A stretch of 64,000 bases of DNA. It comes from Heptranchias perlo. Taxonomy: Eukaryota. Below the pieces are notes generated by a model. That model made no database searches, had not been told where the DNA came from, and worked only from the letters and a program-made list of their open reading frames with translations. The stretch covers positions 7,378,001-7,442,000 of the forward strand of contig NW_027139559.1 in assembly GCF_035084215.1 (NCBI RefSeq), read 5' to 3'. Made by a program: the position numbers and the translations under genes. Positions 38,640 to 51,900 of the stretch are shown in pieces; the stretch's first letter is position 1, and every line of letters starts with the position of its first letter.

Positions 38640-41445
38640 CTATTGACACGGAGAGGGAACTGGTTAGGAGGCAGGAGACACATCACAGGATATGACTCGT
38701 CGAGTCCCCCGGAGATGTGTTCTCGGTTCTCAGCTTTTCACTCCTTTTATAAATGACTTAGATGAAGGAATAAAGAGGCGCATGTCCAAGTTTGTTGACG
38801 ACCCCGTTAAGTGGCAGAGTAAATAATGAATTAAGGAGCAGAACGTTGCAAAGTGACCTTCATGTGCTAAACTGTGGCCGATGGAGTTCAACATGGGGAA
38901 GTGAGAGGTTATCCACTTTGGACCAAAGGAAGATAGATCAGAATAATTTCTAAATGGTAAGAAGCTAGGAGCCGAGGAGGAGCAGGGAGATTTAGAGATC
39001 CAAGTACAGAAATCACTACAAGCTGGCGGATTGGTACACAGTATAATTAAAAAGGCCTTTGGAATGTTAACTTTTATCTCAAAGGAGCTGGAATACAATG
39101 GGATGTAAGTTATGCTACAGTAATATAAAGCTCTGGTTAGACCGCACTTGGAGTATTGCGCTCAGTTCAAGGCACCGCAATTCAGGATGGATATATTGGC
39201 CTTGGAGGTGGTGCAGCGCAGATTCACCAGAATGAATCCGGGGCTAAAATGGACAATTCATGAGGGCAGGGTGCATGGACAAAGCTTGTACAGAAGATTC
39301 AAGGGACATTTAATTCATGGTATGATAGCATCGTAGTATAGTACAGCACGGAAGTAGGGCATTAGGCCCATCGTGACTATGCCGGCTCTTTAAAAAAGAC
39401 CGATCCAATAGGTCCCATTTCGCTGCTCTTTCCTCATAGTCCTGTATAATTTTTCCATTCAAGTATTTATCCAATGGAGTTGAGATACACATCGTCCATG
39501 ATCTAATTCAATGGCATTCAGTTCTGGGCACCGCATCTCAGGAAGGCTATTTTGGCCCTGGAAACGGTGCAGCGCAGATTCACCAAAATGATACCGGGGG
39601 CTGAAGGGGGCAATTCATTAGGACAGCTTGCATTTACTAGACTTGTATAGAAGATTAAGGGGTCATCGAATTCATGGTATCGAAGTATCATATCACAGTA
39701 CAGCACGGGAGGAGGCCTTTCGGCCCGTCGTTCCTCAGGCGCTATACAAATAGTCCCACCGACCTGCTCTTTGCCCATAGCCCGGTACATTTTTTTTCCT
39801 TCAAGTATTTATCCAATTCCCTTTGAAAGTTACCACTGAATCTGTTTCCTCCACCCTTCCATCAGTGCATTCCAGATCATTAAAACTCGCTGCATAAAAA
39901 AGTGTTTCTTCATGTCACGTGTGGCTCCTTTGCTGATCATCGTAAATCTGTGTCCTCTGGTTACCAACAATTCTGGTAACAGTTACCTTTATTTACTCTA
40001 CCAAAACCGATCATGATTTTGAACACCTCTATCAAATCTCCTCTATACCTTCTTTGTTCTAAAGGGAACAACCCCATCTTTTCCATTTGCTCCAAATAAC
40101 TGAAGTCCATCATCCCTGGTACCATTCTGGTAAATCTCTTCTGCACCTCCTCTAAGGCCTCGACGTGATCCTAAGGTGTGATGTCCAGAATTCCACACAA
40201 TACTCCAGCTGAAGCCTAACATGCGTTTTATGAACGTTTAGCATAATGCCTTTACTTTCGTACTACATTTCCGAGTTTCGTGTCATCTGCAATCTTTGAA
40301 ATTGTACCCTATATACCCAGTTCCAGGTCATTAATATATATCGAAAAGAGCAGTGGTCCTAATACTGACCCCTGGGGAACACCACTCTGTCTGAAAAACG
40401 ACCATTTACCACTACTCTCTGTTTTCTGTCCCTGAGCCAATTTTTACGTCCACGCTGCCACTGCCCCTTCAAACCCATGGGATTTAATTTTGCCAACACG
40501 TCTATTGTGCGGTACTTTATCAAATGGCATTTGAAAGTCCATATACACAACGTCAACCGCACTAACCTCATAAACCCTCTCCGCTACTTCAGGAAAGAAC
40601 TCAACCAAATTAGTCAAACACGATTTGCCTTTAATAAACGCCTGCTGACTTTCATTTATTAGCCCAAACTTTTCCAAATGCCATGGTTATTGTCTCTGAA
40701 ATTATCCGCACGACCGACGTTTGTCTGACCAGCGTGTAATCGCCGGGTTTTTCTTTTTCCATTTTTTTGTACAGGGGTTAACATTTGTAATCCTTGAGCC
40801 CTCTGGCACCGTCTCCATATCTTGGGAGGATTGGAAGATTGTGGTCAGAACCTCCGCAATTTCCACTCTTACTTCCCTCACTAATCTTGGATGGATCCCA
40901 TCTTGTTCGGGTGACTGTTCTACTTTGAGGACTGCCAATCTTTTAAGTACCTCCTCTTTATCTATTTTTATCCTATCCAATATCGCTACTACCTCCTCCT
41001 TTAACGCTGCAATGGCAGCATCCTCTTCTCTAATGAAGACGGATGCGAAGTAATCCTTTCGTACCTCTAGCGTTTTAGTGTTTAAGATGATTAAAGGATT
41101 GGAAAGCGTAGATAGAGAGAAACTACTTCCTCTGATGGGGGAGTCCAGAACAAGGGGGCATGGTCTTCAAATTTGAGCTAATCCGTATATAGGTGATGTC
41201 AGGAAGCACTTCTTCACACAAAGGGCAGTGGAAATCTGGAACACTCTCCCCCAAAAAGGTACTGAGGCTAACAAAATTGAAAATATCAAAACTGAGATTG
41301 ATAGATTGTTGTTAGGTAAGGGTATTAAGGGATATGGAACCAAGGCGGGTAAATAGAGTTGAGATACAGTTCGTCCATGATCTCAGTGAATGGTGGAACT
41401 GGCTGGAGGGGCTGAATTGCCTACTCCTGTTCCTCTGTTCCTATG
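38640..41445. mobile_element. Nested CR1 cluster: plus-strand copy (38640-39310, resuming 41075-41445) interrupted by a minus-strand copy (~39680-41070), with a duplicated junction
   Basis: EYCAQFKAPQFRMDILALEVVQRRF (+); KSCLTNLVEFF...DVVYMDFQMPFDKVPH and DGIHPRLVREV (-). Confidence 0.85.
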
Positions 41446-42324
41446 TAAGAACCACATCTGCACTTCTATCATTCTATTTCTTTTGATGCAACGATAAAAA
41501 TATTTGATATTCTCCTTAATATCCCTTGGAATTGTTGTCTATCTGATGGTGCATTTCATAATTTCATGATATCCTTTTATTTTTGATAATAGTTCTGGCT
41601 GTCAAACTTTCCATTGTCTTCGCCTTGACATAACCTTTCCCCTTTTGTTTAATTCTGGCTCTAACTATTTAATTTCACCATAATTACATCATCCATTTAC
41701 AATTTCCATTTCTGGGATTGTATTTTCTTTTGCTCGCTGATCACCTTCTTGAATCAATTGCACTAATTGTCCATCGATTTACCGACTGAAATTTATCCCA
41801 TCCTTCCGCCGTCATTACTTTCCTTATATCTTCATAGTGAGGCAGGTTTAAGTGCTAAATCACTGTTTGCTGATCTCCTTTCTCCCTCGCAAATTTGATG
41901 GTGACTTTAAGCACGTCACGCTAAGTCGTCCCAGGATGCTTCCTTATCAAGATATTGCTAACTATTTTTGGATTATCACTCAGAAACATTCGATAAATCT
42001 CTTTCCTTTTTAGTGTGCTTCTAACCTTCCCCAATCTAGATATAAAGTAATACTTCCCATTATTGGTATTTTCTTCTGCTGAAATGTCTCAATAATTGTC
42101 GTACACTTGCGTTCCTCTGTTGTTATCATATTCAGGAGGATTTATAAATGTGCTAGTTAATCACTTGGGAACGAGTAATGAAGTCCAATCTAATACTGTT
42201 ATGTTCATTGTGCTTGTATTAGAATATTTTGTTCATCATTTGTACCCAGGTTATGTCTAAGGTATGAACTCAGCTTTCTACTGAATTTACACAATGTCAC
42301 TGTGCTATTGAAAGATGATATTAC

Positions 42325-42482
42325 CTTAAGTACGGTTACAAATGTACTGTACAGCATACTGAGAATAAACAGAATCACGAAAGCGATCACTGTTGATGCC
42401 GTGCTGCCATCCTCATATAAGTTTTCTAATCCTTCTTCCTCTACCTCGGGGTCTTCTGGATCGTCCTTTAATTGAGGGGTTT
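42325..42482 (-). CDS. IgNAR transmembrane exon TM1
   Basis: Acceptor ttctAG (42484-42483), donor AAG|GTAAT. Encodes (E)TPQLKDDPEDPEVEEEGLENLYEDGSTASTVIAFVILFILSMLYSTFVTVLK: acidic spacer plus the conserved antigen-receptor TM (CART) motif F..LF.LS..YST.VT..K. Confidence 0.93.
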
Positions 42483-43944
42483 CTAGAACCAATAGATTGA
42501 TATTGTTAGAAAGGTGGTCATGTTGAGAACAGAATAGATACAAAGGCGCTGCAATAGAATGAAACCGGCAATCGTGAGGGATACGGCGTATTCGAATTTG
42601 AACTAACGGAACATAAAAATATAGTTAACACATTAACCAGCCCGATATCGATTACGGTGATTTTCAGAATATTGGGGGTTCGCTTATAGTGATAGTAGAG
42701 TTCAGATATTGTATATAAACGGAGGATTGATTTTACTCGGCAAATATATCCGTCCATTTTACGTTTCAGCGAATAAAAAGCTTTACGATGCTGATAAGTG
42801 CTTTCCATTAAAATTAATTTCGCATTTGAAAGCTGATAACAACAAAATGAACGAAATTATATCTAAAAGAATGAAACTCGATGCCATTCTGAACAGAAGG
42901 TGATCTGATTATCGGACCAAATCTCTTGCGGCTCACATAGAATGACATAAGAGATCGGCAGTAAAGCGGGGGCAGGGAAACACTGCGGGCTAAAGATTCA
43001 ACTTTGACTGATCAGCGCACTTTATGTTCGACTGTCGAAACCTTTTGACATTTTATATCAAATGTTGCTTGCAGATACAGACACATTCTGAAATAGGACT
43101 ATATATAAACTATTTTACATTGTCATCTATACAGTGGCGTTAGACCTGCATCATTGTCATTAGATTTAGTTGTGATTTACGGTGATGACGCTGACATTCT
43201 GTTCGGTTTCGTATTCCTGACGTGATATATTTCTTTAGTAATTTTTTGTTTTTTCTATTATTATTATCTCGTGGAATCTATAACACACCGCAGCGTATAT
43301 TCCTGGATGGTGCCACTAATATTCCGTGATATAAACACGTTATGTACGTTTACCCCGTACGTTTTGGCCATGAGAGTCAGAATTGAAAATGAAGTTAATA
43401 ATTCATTTAAACTTCGGAATGTGTCACCACTGACAAATCTCGGGTCATGTAGACTCTCAGGTTATGATAATCCTGGCCGATATTTCGGGAGGTGGGGTGA
43501 GGGTAGGGCTTTGTATTTGCATTGAGTGTGGGCGATTGGATTCTGAAACTCAAAGCATCATAATCGCAGTAGTGACTGACCTGGCGCAGAGTAAACTTTG
43601 TCATATTGTTACAAATTCGTATGGTCATTTACAAATCATAAGCTTCACTCTACGAGTGTTATTCTACATTGAACTGACATGCTGCGTGATCTAAATAGCA
43701 CCAAGCTGGGCCGCAAAACCGACCCCAAAGCAAGTCCTGTCTAATCACACCGAAGCTGAATCTACGGTGAGCTATCCGAGTTCGAATGCACTTCTTTAGC
43801 ATCATCTGATTACATATTGTGGGATTCACAGATTGGCACCGTGAGAAGGACAGCACATCAATTTGCTCACTAACTCGGTGCAGCTGGGCATACGTCGAGC
43901 CACGAACTGAAGGATGTGTTATTTGCAGTGTGAGATAAGCAGCA

Positions 43945-44280
43945 CAGCGAGATATCCTCCAGCATGGAGAGATACCATAGCCCATAGAACAGCGGCTCCA
44001 TCCACTCGCGGAGATATCCTCCAGCATGGAGAGATATCCTCCAGCATGGAGGCATACCACACCCCATATAACTGCGGCTCCACCAACTCACTGAGATATC
44101 CACCGGAATGGATACTTACCTTATCCAATAGAAAGGAGGCTCCACTCGTTCATCGAGATATCCACCGGAATGGATCAATAACATACCCCTTAGAATGGCA
44201 GCTACACCCAGTCACCGAGATATCCTCCAGCATGGACAGATACCATATGTGATGGAACGGCAGCTCCTCCAGATGGAGGT
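43945..44280. repeat. Degenerate 62-bp tandem repeat with a 20-bp internal duplication
   Basis: gagatatcc(tccagc/accgga)atgga at 43949, 44011, 44031, 44093, 44155 and 44217. Confidence 0.85.
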
Positions 44281-44884
44281 ACCAAGATTCAGCAACATCT
44301 GCTTGGCTCTCCGCCAGCCAGTCATGATGGTTGCCCAATGTTGGATACGTGAGCGTATTTTCCCATACCTGACCACCAGGTGCAGCCTTCCCTGACCTGG
44401 CCGATCTCAAAACAATTGTTTAGTCTCCTGCCTTGTGACTCCCACAGGATACCAATTGTAACAGAAACTTAACAGAATGAACTGTGTTTAAGGTGATTGG
44501 TGTAATGGCTTCGTGCTGTTCTGTTTTTTGCAAGACTAGTTTTTTCCCGCCTTTCAGAAGGTGGTGAGTCTTTACGGATGGGCCTGGATGTCGCCCTGCC
44601 CACCAGTTCTCCAACCTGGACAATTTGTTCAGGCGGAGCGTCTGCGCTTATCAAGTTTCAACGGGACACTCGAAATAACGTCCTGTTTTTCTCTTGGGAA
44701 GAAAATGCAGCGCCACCGTTGGCGGCAAGGGCTCGCTGTCGGCTGGGATTCTCAAAGAATATTCTTCATCTCTGTCGCTCAGCTTTCCATTGGCCGAATC
44801 TGTGTTTCTCCCTGACCTGTGTTTTAACTGAAGTGATATCAGCCAGAATGACGACGATGATAAGAAACAATGGTTCCATTTCAT

Positions 44885-45330
44885 AGATCGCCTTTCACCC
44901 CCACAGGAGGTCTCAAAAGTTTCACAACCAAATAATTACTTTTTAAAGTGTAATCGCTGTTACTTTTATAAACAACCCCGCAGCCAATAAACCCAGAACA
45001 AAGGTCTAAGAGCATCACTGTCGTTAATGGGACGCTTAGTCTGTTTTTTTAAATAGTGTAGGTTCAGGACGGAATATAGGTCCCAGATTGCGGGAGAGTT
45101 CGCTGCTCCTTTAATCTCCCATGGGATCTTTAACACCCAGGTGAAAAGTCCGACGGGGCCCAGGAGAAGCGTCTCATCTGAAACGCCACACCTTCGACAA
45201 AGCAGCACCCCCATGATTATTGTGCTGGAGTGTTAGCCAAGATTATGGGCCGAAGTCCTGGAGAGGAGCTTGAACCCACAAGCTTCGAATTCAGAACCCA
45301 GAGAGCTGTCAATGAGCCAAGATGACACGA
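44885..45330 (-). mobile_element. tRNA-derived SINE with Deu-like central domain (SacSINE1/AmnSINE-like) and L2-type tail
   Basis: Minus strand: TGGCTCA..GGTTCAAG head, ...ttcagatgagacg...ttaaagatcccatgg... core, ...gtgaaaggcgatctat tail. Confidence 0.7.
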
Positions 45331-45409
45331 AACTGATAAGAGGATAGTTCCAAACTCAATGAAACCTTTTACAATGGCATGGATTGATAGCTCAATATAA
45401 GAACAATAT

Positions 45410-46535
45410 TACTTTCATTTATACAGCGCCTTTAACGCAGGAAAACGACTCAACGCGCTTCACAGGAGCGCAATCAGACAAAATTTGATACCGAGCCATA
45501 TAAGGAGATATTAGGACAGATGACCAAATGGTTGGGTAAAGAGGTAGGTTTATACAGGGTGTTAAAACAGAGAGAGTTGGAGAGTCGCAGAGGTTTAGGG
45601 AGAGAATCTCAGAGGTTAGAGCCAAGGCAGTTGAAGGCACGGCCGCCAATAGTGGAGAGATGAAAACCAGGGATGGACAAGAGGCCAGAACTGGAGGAAC
45701 GCAGAGATCTCGGAGGGTTGTAGGGCTGGAGGAGGTTACAGAAATAGGGAGGGGACGAGGGCTATGGAGGAATTTGGACACGAGGATGAGAATTTTAAAA
45801 CTGAGGTATTGCCAGACCGGGAGCCAATTTCGCTCACCGAACACAGGGGTGATGAATGGACTTAAATTGTTGTGAGTTAGAATACGGACAGCAGAGTCAA
45901 GTTTACGGAGGATAGAAGCTGGGAGGCTGGCCAGGATACCATTGGAATAGTCAAGTCTGGAGGTAACAAATGCATGGATGAGAGTTTCAGCAGCAGATGG
46001 GTTGAGGCAGCCGCAGAGACGGGCGACGTTATGGAGGTGGAAGTAGACGGTCATGGTGATGGAGAGTATCTGGAGTCGGAAACTCAGCTCAGGGTCAATA
46101 AGGAACTCGAGGCTGCGAACAGTGGGATTCAGCCTCAGACAGTGGGCAGGTGGAGAGATGGAGTCGGTGACTAGGGAACAGAGTTAGTGGTGGGGACCAA
46201 AGATAATGGCTTTGGTTTTCGCAATATTTAATTTGAGGAAATGTCTGCTCATCTAATACTGGATGTCGGATAAGCAGTGTGACAAATCAGAGAGAGTGGA
46301 GGGATCGAGAGTGGTGCTAGTGGGTTACAATTGGGTGTCGGCAGCATAAATGCTGAATCTGACATTTTGTTTTCAGATGACGTAGCCAACGGGCAGCACG
46401 AAGATGAGAAATAGGAGGATCCAAATATAGATCGGTGGGGGGACTCCAGAGGTAACGGTGTGGGAGCGGGAAAAGAAGTCATTGCGGGAGATGCCCAAGC
46501 AACGACTGGATGGATAAGAATCGAACCAGGCAATC
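45410..46535 (-). mobile_element. L2-clade LINE 3' portion
   Basis: AETLIHAFVTSRLDYSNGILASLP...WLPVWQYLSFKILILVSK; tail ...aaaggcgctgtataaatgaaag. Confidence 0.9.
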
Positions 46536-46827
46536 AACAGCCTTGGTCAATAATTGTCATTCGAAAGGGTGACCGGATGTTAGTCGACCTTTATTAATTC
46601 CGTTCACAGGTCGATAACTCATGGGTCAATTTAAACCAGAGAATGAATGTAATCTGATTAAAAGCATCACGAGTGTTTGTAAAAAATTGGGGAATTGAAA
46701 CGTGTTGCACAGGTGGAATATTAGACAATGGACACCATAGATTTCTGGATCAAGGTTTAAACCATCATCACCAAGATAACACGCACACAAACAACGAATC
46801 GGGAAGTCAGGAGGTTTTCATTCTGCA

Positions 46828-46833
46828 TTTATT
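46828..46833 (-). promoter_or_regulatory. Polyadenylation signal of the secretory IgNAR mRNA
   Basis: AATAAA ~285 nt after the tailpiece stop, followed by a GU-rich tract (ttgtttgtgtgcgtgtt). Confidence 0.65.
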
Positions 46834-47118
46834 GCGATTTGCGGAGCCACATACAGTCTAAAGCATCATTTCCTGTTTATCCAATAACGTCACTGAACCC
46901 TTCAAAGAATCTTCAAAAATATTGCAACTTGTATCAAGCGGTATTAAGGTTATTCACCATTATCGGATTATAACCGTAATCATCCTTCATTCACTGATAT
47001 AGTCTCATAGATTTGCGAAATATCTAAACAATCGTTAGCTGATCTGGAGGTTGACTCAGATGCCCGAACATAACAGGTCTAACACTTCTATAGAAAACAG
47101 CTATTGAACCACGGGGGG

Positions 47119-47501
47119 TTATGTACACGATTGAAAACTGTCGGTTAGAACTAGTGAAACATTAACTAAAGTAGGTTTACCGTAAGATTTATTTATACTT
47201 CTGTGTAAATTCATTGTGAGAGACGGGTGTCCCACTAAACAGGAGTAAGTGGTCCCGCCGTTCCACTCCGCTGCGGTGACTCTCAGTCTGCTGACAATGG
47301 AGCTGGAACCACTTTCCTTCTCCGTGTCCGGTTGGGTGGTGTAACCTGAATCCAAAAGGGTGTCATTGGCCATCCACGCGACGTAAATCTCGGCAGGGTA
47401 AAAGCCGGTTGCTAAACACACCAGAGTTGCCGTCTTCTCAGTGTCAATCTCGACCGCTGATGGAGGCAGGACGTAGACTTTAGGAGGATACATTCCGTCA
47501 A
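47119..47501 (-). CDS. IgNAR C5 domain plus secretory tailpiece (internal donor after 47181 for the membrane form)
   Basis: Acceptor tctttccAG. (V)DGMYPPKVYVLPPS...TLVCLATGFYPAEIYVAWMANDTLLDSGY...YSCLVGHPSL...NKSY G|GTAAA; tail GKPTLVNVSLVLTDSFQSCT*. Confidence 0.95.
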
Positions 47502-47849
47502 CTGGAAAGAGAACAATATTTGTTAAACTGAGTCTGTCTCCTGTCCGTCCTTCACTTCCCATTCCCGTCTGCTGGTAATTTGCGTCTTTGGACAATTGGA
47601 ATTGTTATCTGAGAGAGTTTACACATTTCTCTGCGGGGCCATGGATTTCTTTAATGTTCTTTCTTTTGGGAGTTTTCATTGTGGCCTGATGTTATTTTGC
47701 TAAGAGTTGGGGACAATCTCATATTTGGATAACGATGATACTGTTGTGACGCAACAGTTTCAAACCGCTTACATTTTTCTCGCTATTCTTTACCCGTGGG
47801 GTGAATGGCAGAATCCCGTACTATGTTTCACTGATTATACGAGCATTTC

Positions 47850-48552
47850 ATGATATCATAGAATTGTTACGGCCCGTCGAGTACGTGCCGTTTCTCTGCA
47901 AGAGCAATCCAGCTCGCCCCACTCCCCTGCCCGATTCCCGTATCCCTGCAAAATTATGTCCTCTGGTTCTTGACCCTTCACCCAATGGGGGCAGTCTCTC
48001 TCCATCGACACAGTTTCCACCCTTCATGATTTTGAATACCTCGATCAAATGTTCTTGTAAACTTCTCTGTTCTAAGGAAAACAGCCCCATCTTCTCCAGT
48101 CTAACCACGTACCGAAGTCCTTCATCCCTGGAACCATTCCATTAAAACTCTTCTGCACTCTCCCCAAGGCATTCACATCCTCCCAACAGCGCGGTGCCCA
48201 GAACTGGTCACAATACTCCAGTTGTAATCGAACCACTGTTTTATAAAGATTCATCATAACCACCTTGCTTTTGCACTCTCTGCCTCTATTTATAAATCCC
48301 AGGTTCCCCTAAGCTTTCTTAATCGCTTTCTCAACCTGCCCTGCCACCTTCAACGGTTTAGGCACATATACCCCCAGGTCTTTCTGTTCCTGCTCCCCTT
48401 TCAGAAATGTACCCTTTAGTTTATATTGCCTCTTCTCGTTCTTCCTTCCTAAAGGTATCAATTCACACTTTTCTGCGTTGAATTTCATCTGCCATGTGTC
48501 CGTCCATTCCACCAGCCTGTCGATATCATCTTGAAGTCTATCACTATCCTTA
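47850..48552 (-). mobile_element. CR1 3' portion filling most of the C4-C5 intron
   Basis: WQMKFNAEKCE; LEYCDQFWAP; LEKMGLFSLEQRSL. Confidence 0.9.
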
Positions 48553-48628
48553 ATGTAGAAAATGAATGATCTTTGACGACCATTGATGGAGTAGCGTCAG
48601 TCTCTGAACGAATATTATCTGTGCTTAC

Positions 48629-48949
48629 CCTTTACTTTTCTGGTGGAGATTTTCACTGGTGTTGGCAATTCAATGTCTTCCACGAAGCACAAATATTCAA
48701 CCCCACTGCCCCATTCTGTCGTGGTGACTTTTAGTTTACTAACGATTGTGGATTTACTTCCATTCCACTCAGGAGCCTGAGTCTCCACTCCTTCCGTTCT
48801 CCGACTCCCATCCACTTGCCAGGACACGCTGACGTTTTCTAAATCGCTATAAACGACTTCACAAACAATGGTCGCTGTTCGTTTGGTCCAAATCTCTTCA
48901 AAAGAAGGGTTCAGTATGATGACAGAAATGTCTGTCTCATGACATACAC
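48629..48949 (-). CDS. IgNAR C4 domain exon
   Basis: ttctttccAG...G|GTAAG; 321 nt, phase 1-1. (G)VCHETDISVIILNPSFEEIWTKRTATIVCEVVYSDLENVSVSWQVDG...EYLCFVEDIELPTPVKISTRKVK, with the extra N-terminal Cys seen in IgNAR C4. Confidence 0.95.
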
Positions 48950-49850
48950 CTGGAAAGAAGAGGGAATGGTCATTTCAAAGTGTCATGTTGAAACCACGGG
49001 TAATAACGACTGCAACATACTCAAAAAATTAAATTATACTTACTGTCGGCTGTTATGAGTTTTCTCAGCTTATTTCTGCTGAGCTATTAGGACAGAGCCC
49101 ATCTTGGCTCGTTGCTTTCTTCCCTCTGGCTTATTTGGATGATGTCCTCCACAATATATCCGACCATTCCACTATTTGAGAACTGACTGGTTTTAAATGG
49201 GGACCTCATTTTGCCCGCTCTGGTGATACAAACCTTCACCAATCAGACTGACTGATGCTGGATGTCAAACGCTGCCCTGTGGCCTGTATGTGGTGGGTTC
49301 CAATAAACCTCATGTAAAGGTCCTATATTTTCCAGTCCTAAAGCTTGGGTCTGAAATGAGATTGCCTCGGTCCGACCAATCAAATCAACGGCGAAAGCAA
49401 ACGTGCCCTCAGCACCAATCTGCAGATGTTCTGCACCATTTGGCACCGATTTTGCTCTTTCACTTAGAGAAGGTAGACAGTGTCGAGAAATACAAACTGC
49501 CAATCAGGCCGAGGAAAGAGCGCTTTTGGAAGGTTGAGCTTTAAGACGCATTGTTTGAAGAGTGTAAAGTGAGGAAGTCCATGACCTGTCGATGATATAC
49601 CTTGTCCACACTTGCTCGATATCTACACCTTGAGAGCAGGAACGGAAATACTACCAGAAAGTGGGAAAACACTCCTCCAGTTTTAAAGTGAAAGAGTCAC
49701 TCTGACCGTCGAGATCGTTACTTTATGCATGAGATACAATCTCAAAGAATCCTCCCACCGCGTTCTCGCTGAAAGCTTAATGTATTACTCTGAAAATTAT
49801 AAACTCCGCCTTCATTATATTCAACTGGGATGTGAACTCTGAACTATCCA

Positions 49851-49918
49851 ACACCCCCACAGTGGACCAAAGTGCCCATTGCCAATGGGCACGTCACTTT
49901 GGTCCACTGTGGGGGTGT
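49851..49918. repeat. Nested perfect hairpin (24-bp outer arms)
   Basis: acacccccacagtggaccaaagtg ... cactttggtccactgtgggggtgt, enclosing gtgcccattg-c-caatgggcac. Confidence 0.9.
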
Positions 49919-51669
49919 CCAATATTAAAACTTTGTTTTGTAATCTTGCACTAAAATTGCTCCGTTTCTTTCAATGATGCCAATGCTCCAGAGGGGAGTG
50001 TTATAAAACCTGTTTCCAGACTGATTGTAATCACTTCCATTCTCTCTCCTTCCAGCTTCTCAGATATGACCATATACTTGTCAACAGTGATCTCTGATTT
50101 AAACACATTAGATTATCATCCTTCCATAAAATGAGTGGGGTTTATTTCACAGTGTGTGTTCCAAGGTCACTCTTATCTGAAGGGGTTTGGCGATTTCTTC
50201 ATTTCCAAAAATGACCATCCTTTAGCAGTAAAACGACATGATAGGAGGGCAAGAAGAAAACAGATGATTGGTTATATCAAGATGAATCATCTCCACAAGT
50301 TCAAGCAGGAAACTGAGTTACAACACAGGGGTATTTGGAAGGAACGAGCAGCAGAAATTTCACCTGAAGGAAATGCTGTGATTGCAGCAATGAGATCTTT
50401 ACCTCAGTCTTCTAAAATGAAGACAATGGGCGACTTTAGTTTCGGGGAAGATTGACCTGGGATCTGTAATATACTAAGGGGAGAAAAAAGTGTGTGCTGC
50501 AAAGGAAGTCGAAGCCTTTGATTCACATTGGATGAGCAGACCCGACGGGAGAATATCGTTAATAACAACAGAAAATGCTGCAAAAATCAGTAGCTCTGCG
50601 GCATCTCTACACAGAAAGGATAGCGTGGGGCTTAGGAGGTCAGACAGTTCCAGAGACTGGGTTTGAGTTCTCAGTAAGGATCTTACAACACTATCTATCT
50701 TTACAGATTCTGACGGGCCTGCTCTGTTTTTCTCGCAATTTCTATTCTAATTTCTGATTTACAGCATGCTCAGTTTAGTTTTAATTTTAACTGTACTAAT
50801 TGGGATATATTCCTGGATTCCCAACGAACGAAGTAAGAAAGCACCCCAGACTCCTCCAGGTAGTTTAAAAGTATGTTAATGCATGGCTTGCACCTGAGGG
50901 CAGTACGATGCCACATTGGAAAATTGGAATCAAACCCAAACAGGGAGAATCATGTAACAGTTTATGGAGCAGCAGATCTGGAGGAAAAGTCTGATGTACG
51001 CTTTACAGGATATTATTAATGATCGTCTAACAATCACCGTGACAGTGGAGTGAAATTGGTACAAACTATTGTTCTGGGAAGTCCACGTTAGGTTTTATGC
51101 CACCACTGGGCTATTTGAGTAGACACCTAAATGCACTTCGATTTTCAGAAGAAACATCATTAAAAATCAACTTTCTCGGTCTGTGCAGAGCACGAATTAT
51201 CAACGACCTAATAATAAATTGGGCAACCGCTGGAAAATGGCCTTGGTACCATAGGTTAATGGTGCTGGCTTTCCTGGAGGGTAATTAGTTGTACTTCTCC
51301 ACAACATTGTAGCGTCGATCCGCTGCTGCTTCATCTAATAAATCACGGAAAAGTCAACTGACATTTTCACATTTGTCAAAGACTGTTTTTGGAGTGGTCA
51401 GAATTGAGCGACAACCAAAAGGCATAATTCAGGGGCTTAACCTTGATATCTGAGGGAGCCAAAGATTGAGTGAAAACGTACAGAAGTTCTTATAGCAGCA
51501 ACAAGTGTGGCGATTGTAGTTGTAACGATGTTCTTTTACTCTGACTCTCATTCACCTGAGTTGCTGAAATAAACCGTGTAGGTTTTGGGTGAACTTCAGT
51601 CCGCTGAACATTCTGTGGAAATCTAATGATCCGGGAATAGGACTAGAAATAACAAAACGAACAAGACTA

Positions 51670-51900
51670 TTTTCATACATACGGAAGGTGGTAAAACCTT
51701 GATTAGGTCCCAGGTCCCGCGCTGAACTTTCCTCCCTAATCCTCTCCGCCTCTCCCCCTCCTGCTCCCACTTTCAGACCCTCCTCCAAACCCAACAAGCT
51801 TTTGGTCACACCTCATAATCTCCCCTTATTTAACTTAGTTATGTTTTCCTTAAAACTCTGTGAAACGGTATGAGGCGCTTAAAGGTGGGAAATAAATGTC
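51670..51900 (+). mobile_element. CR1/L2 3'-tail fragments
   Basis: ccctaatcctctccgcctctc...aagcttttggtcacacctc...ctctgtgaaacg resembles the L2 tail at 45410-45640. Confidence 0.55.

Noticed and set aside
43945-44280. CRISPR-like repeat-spacer pattern
   Set aside because: Vertebrate DNA, the spacers are related to one another and there are no cas genes; it is a minisatellite.
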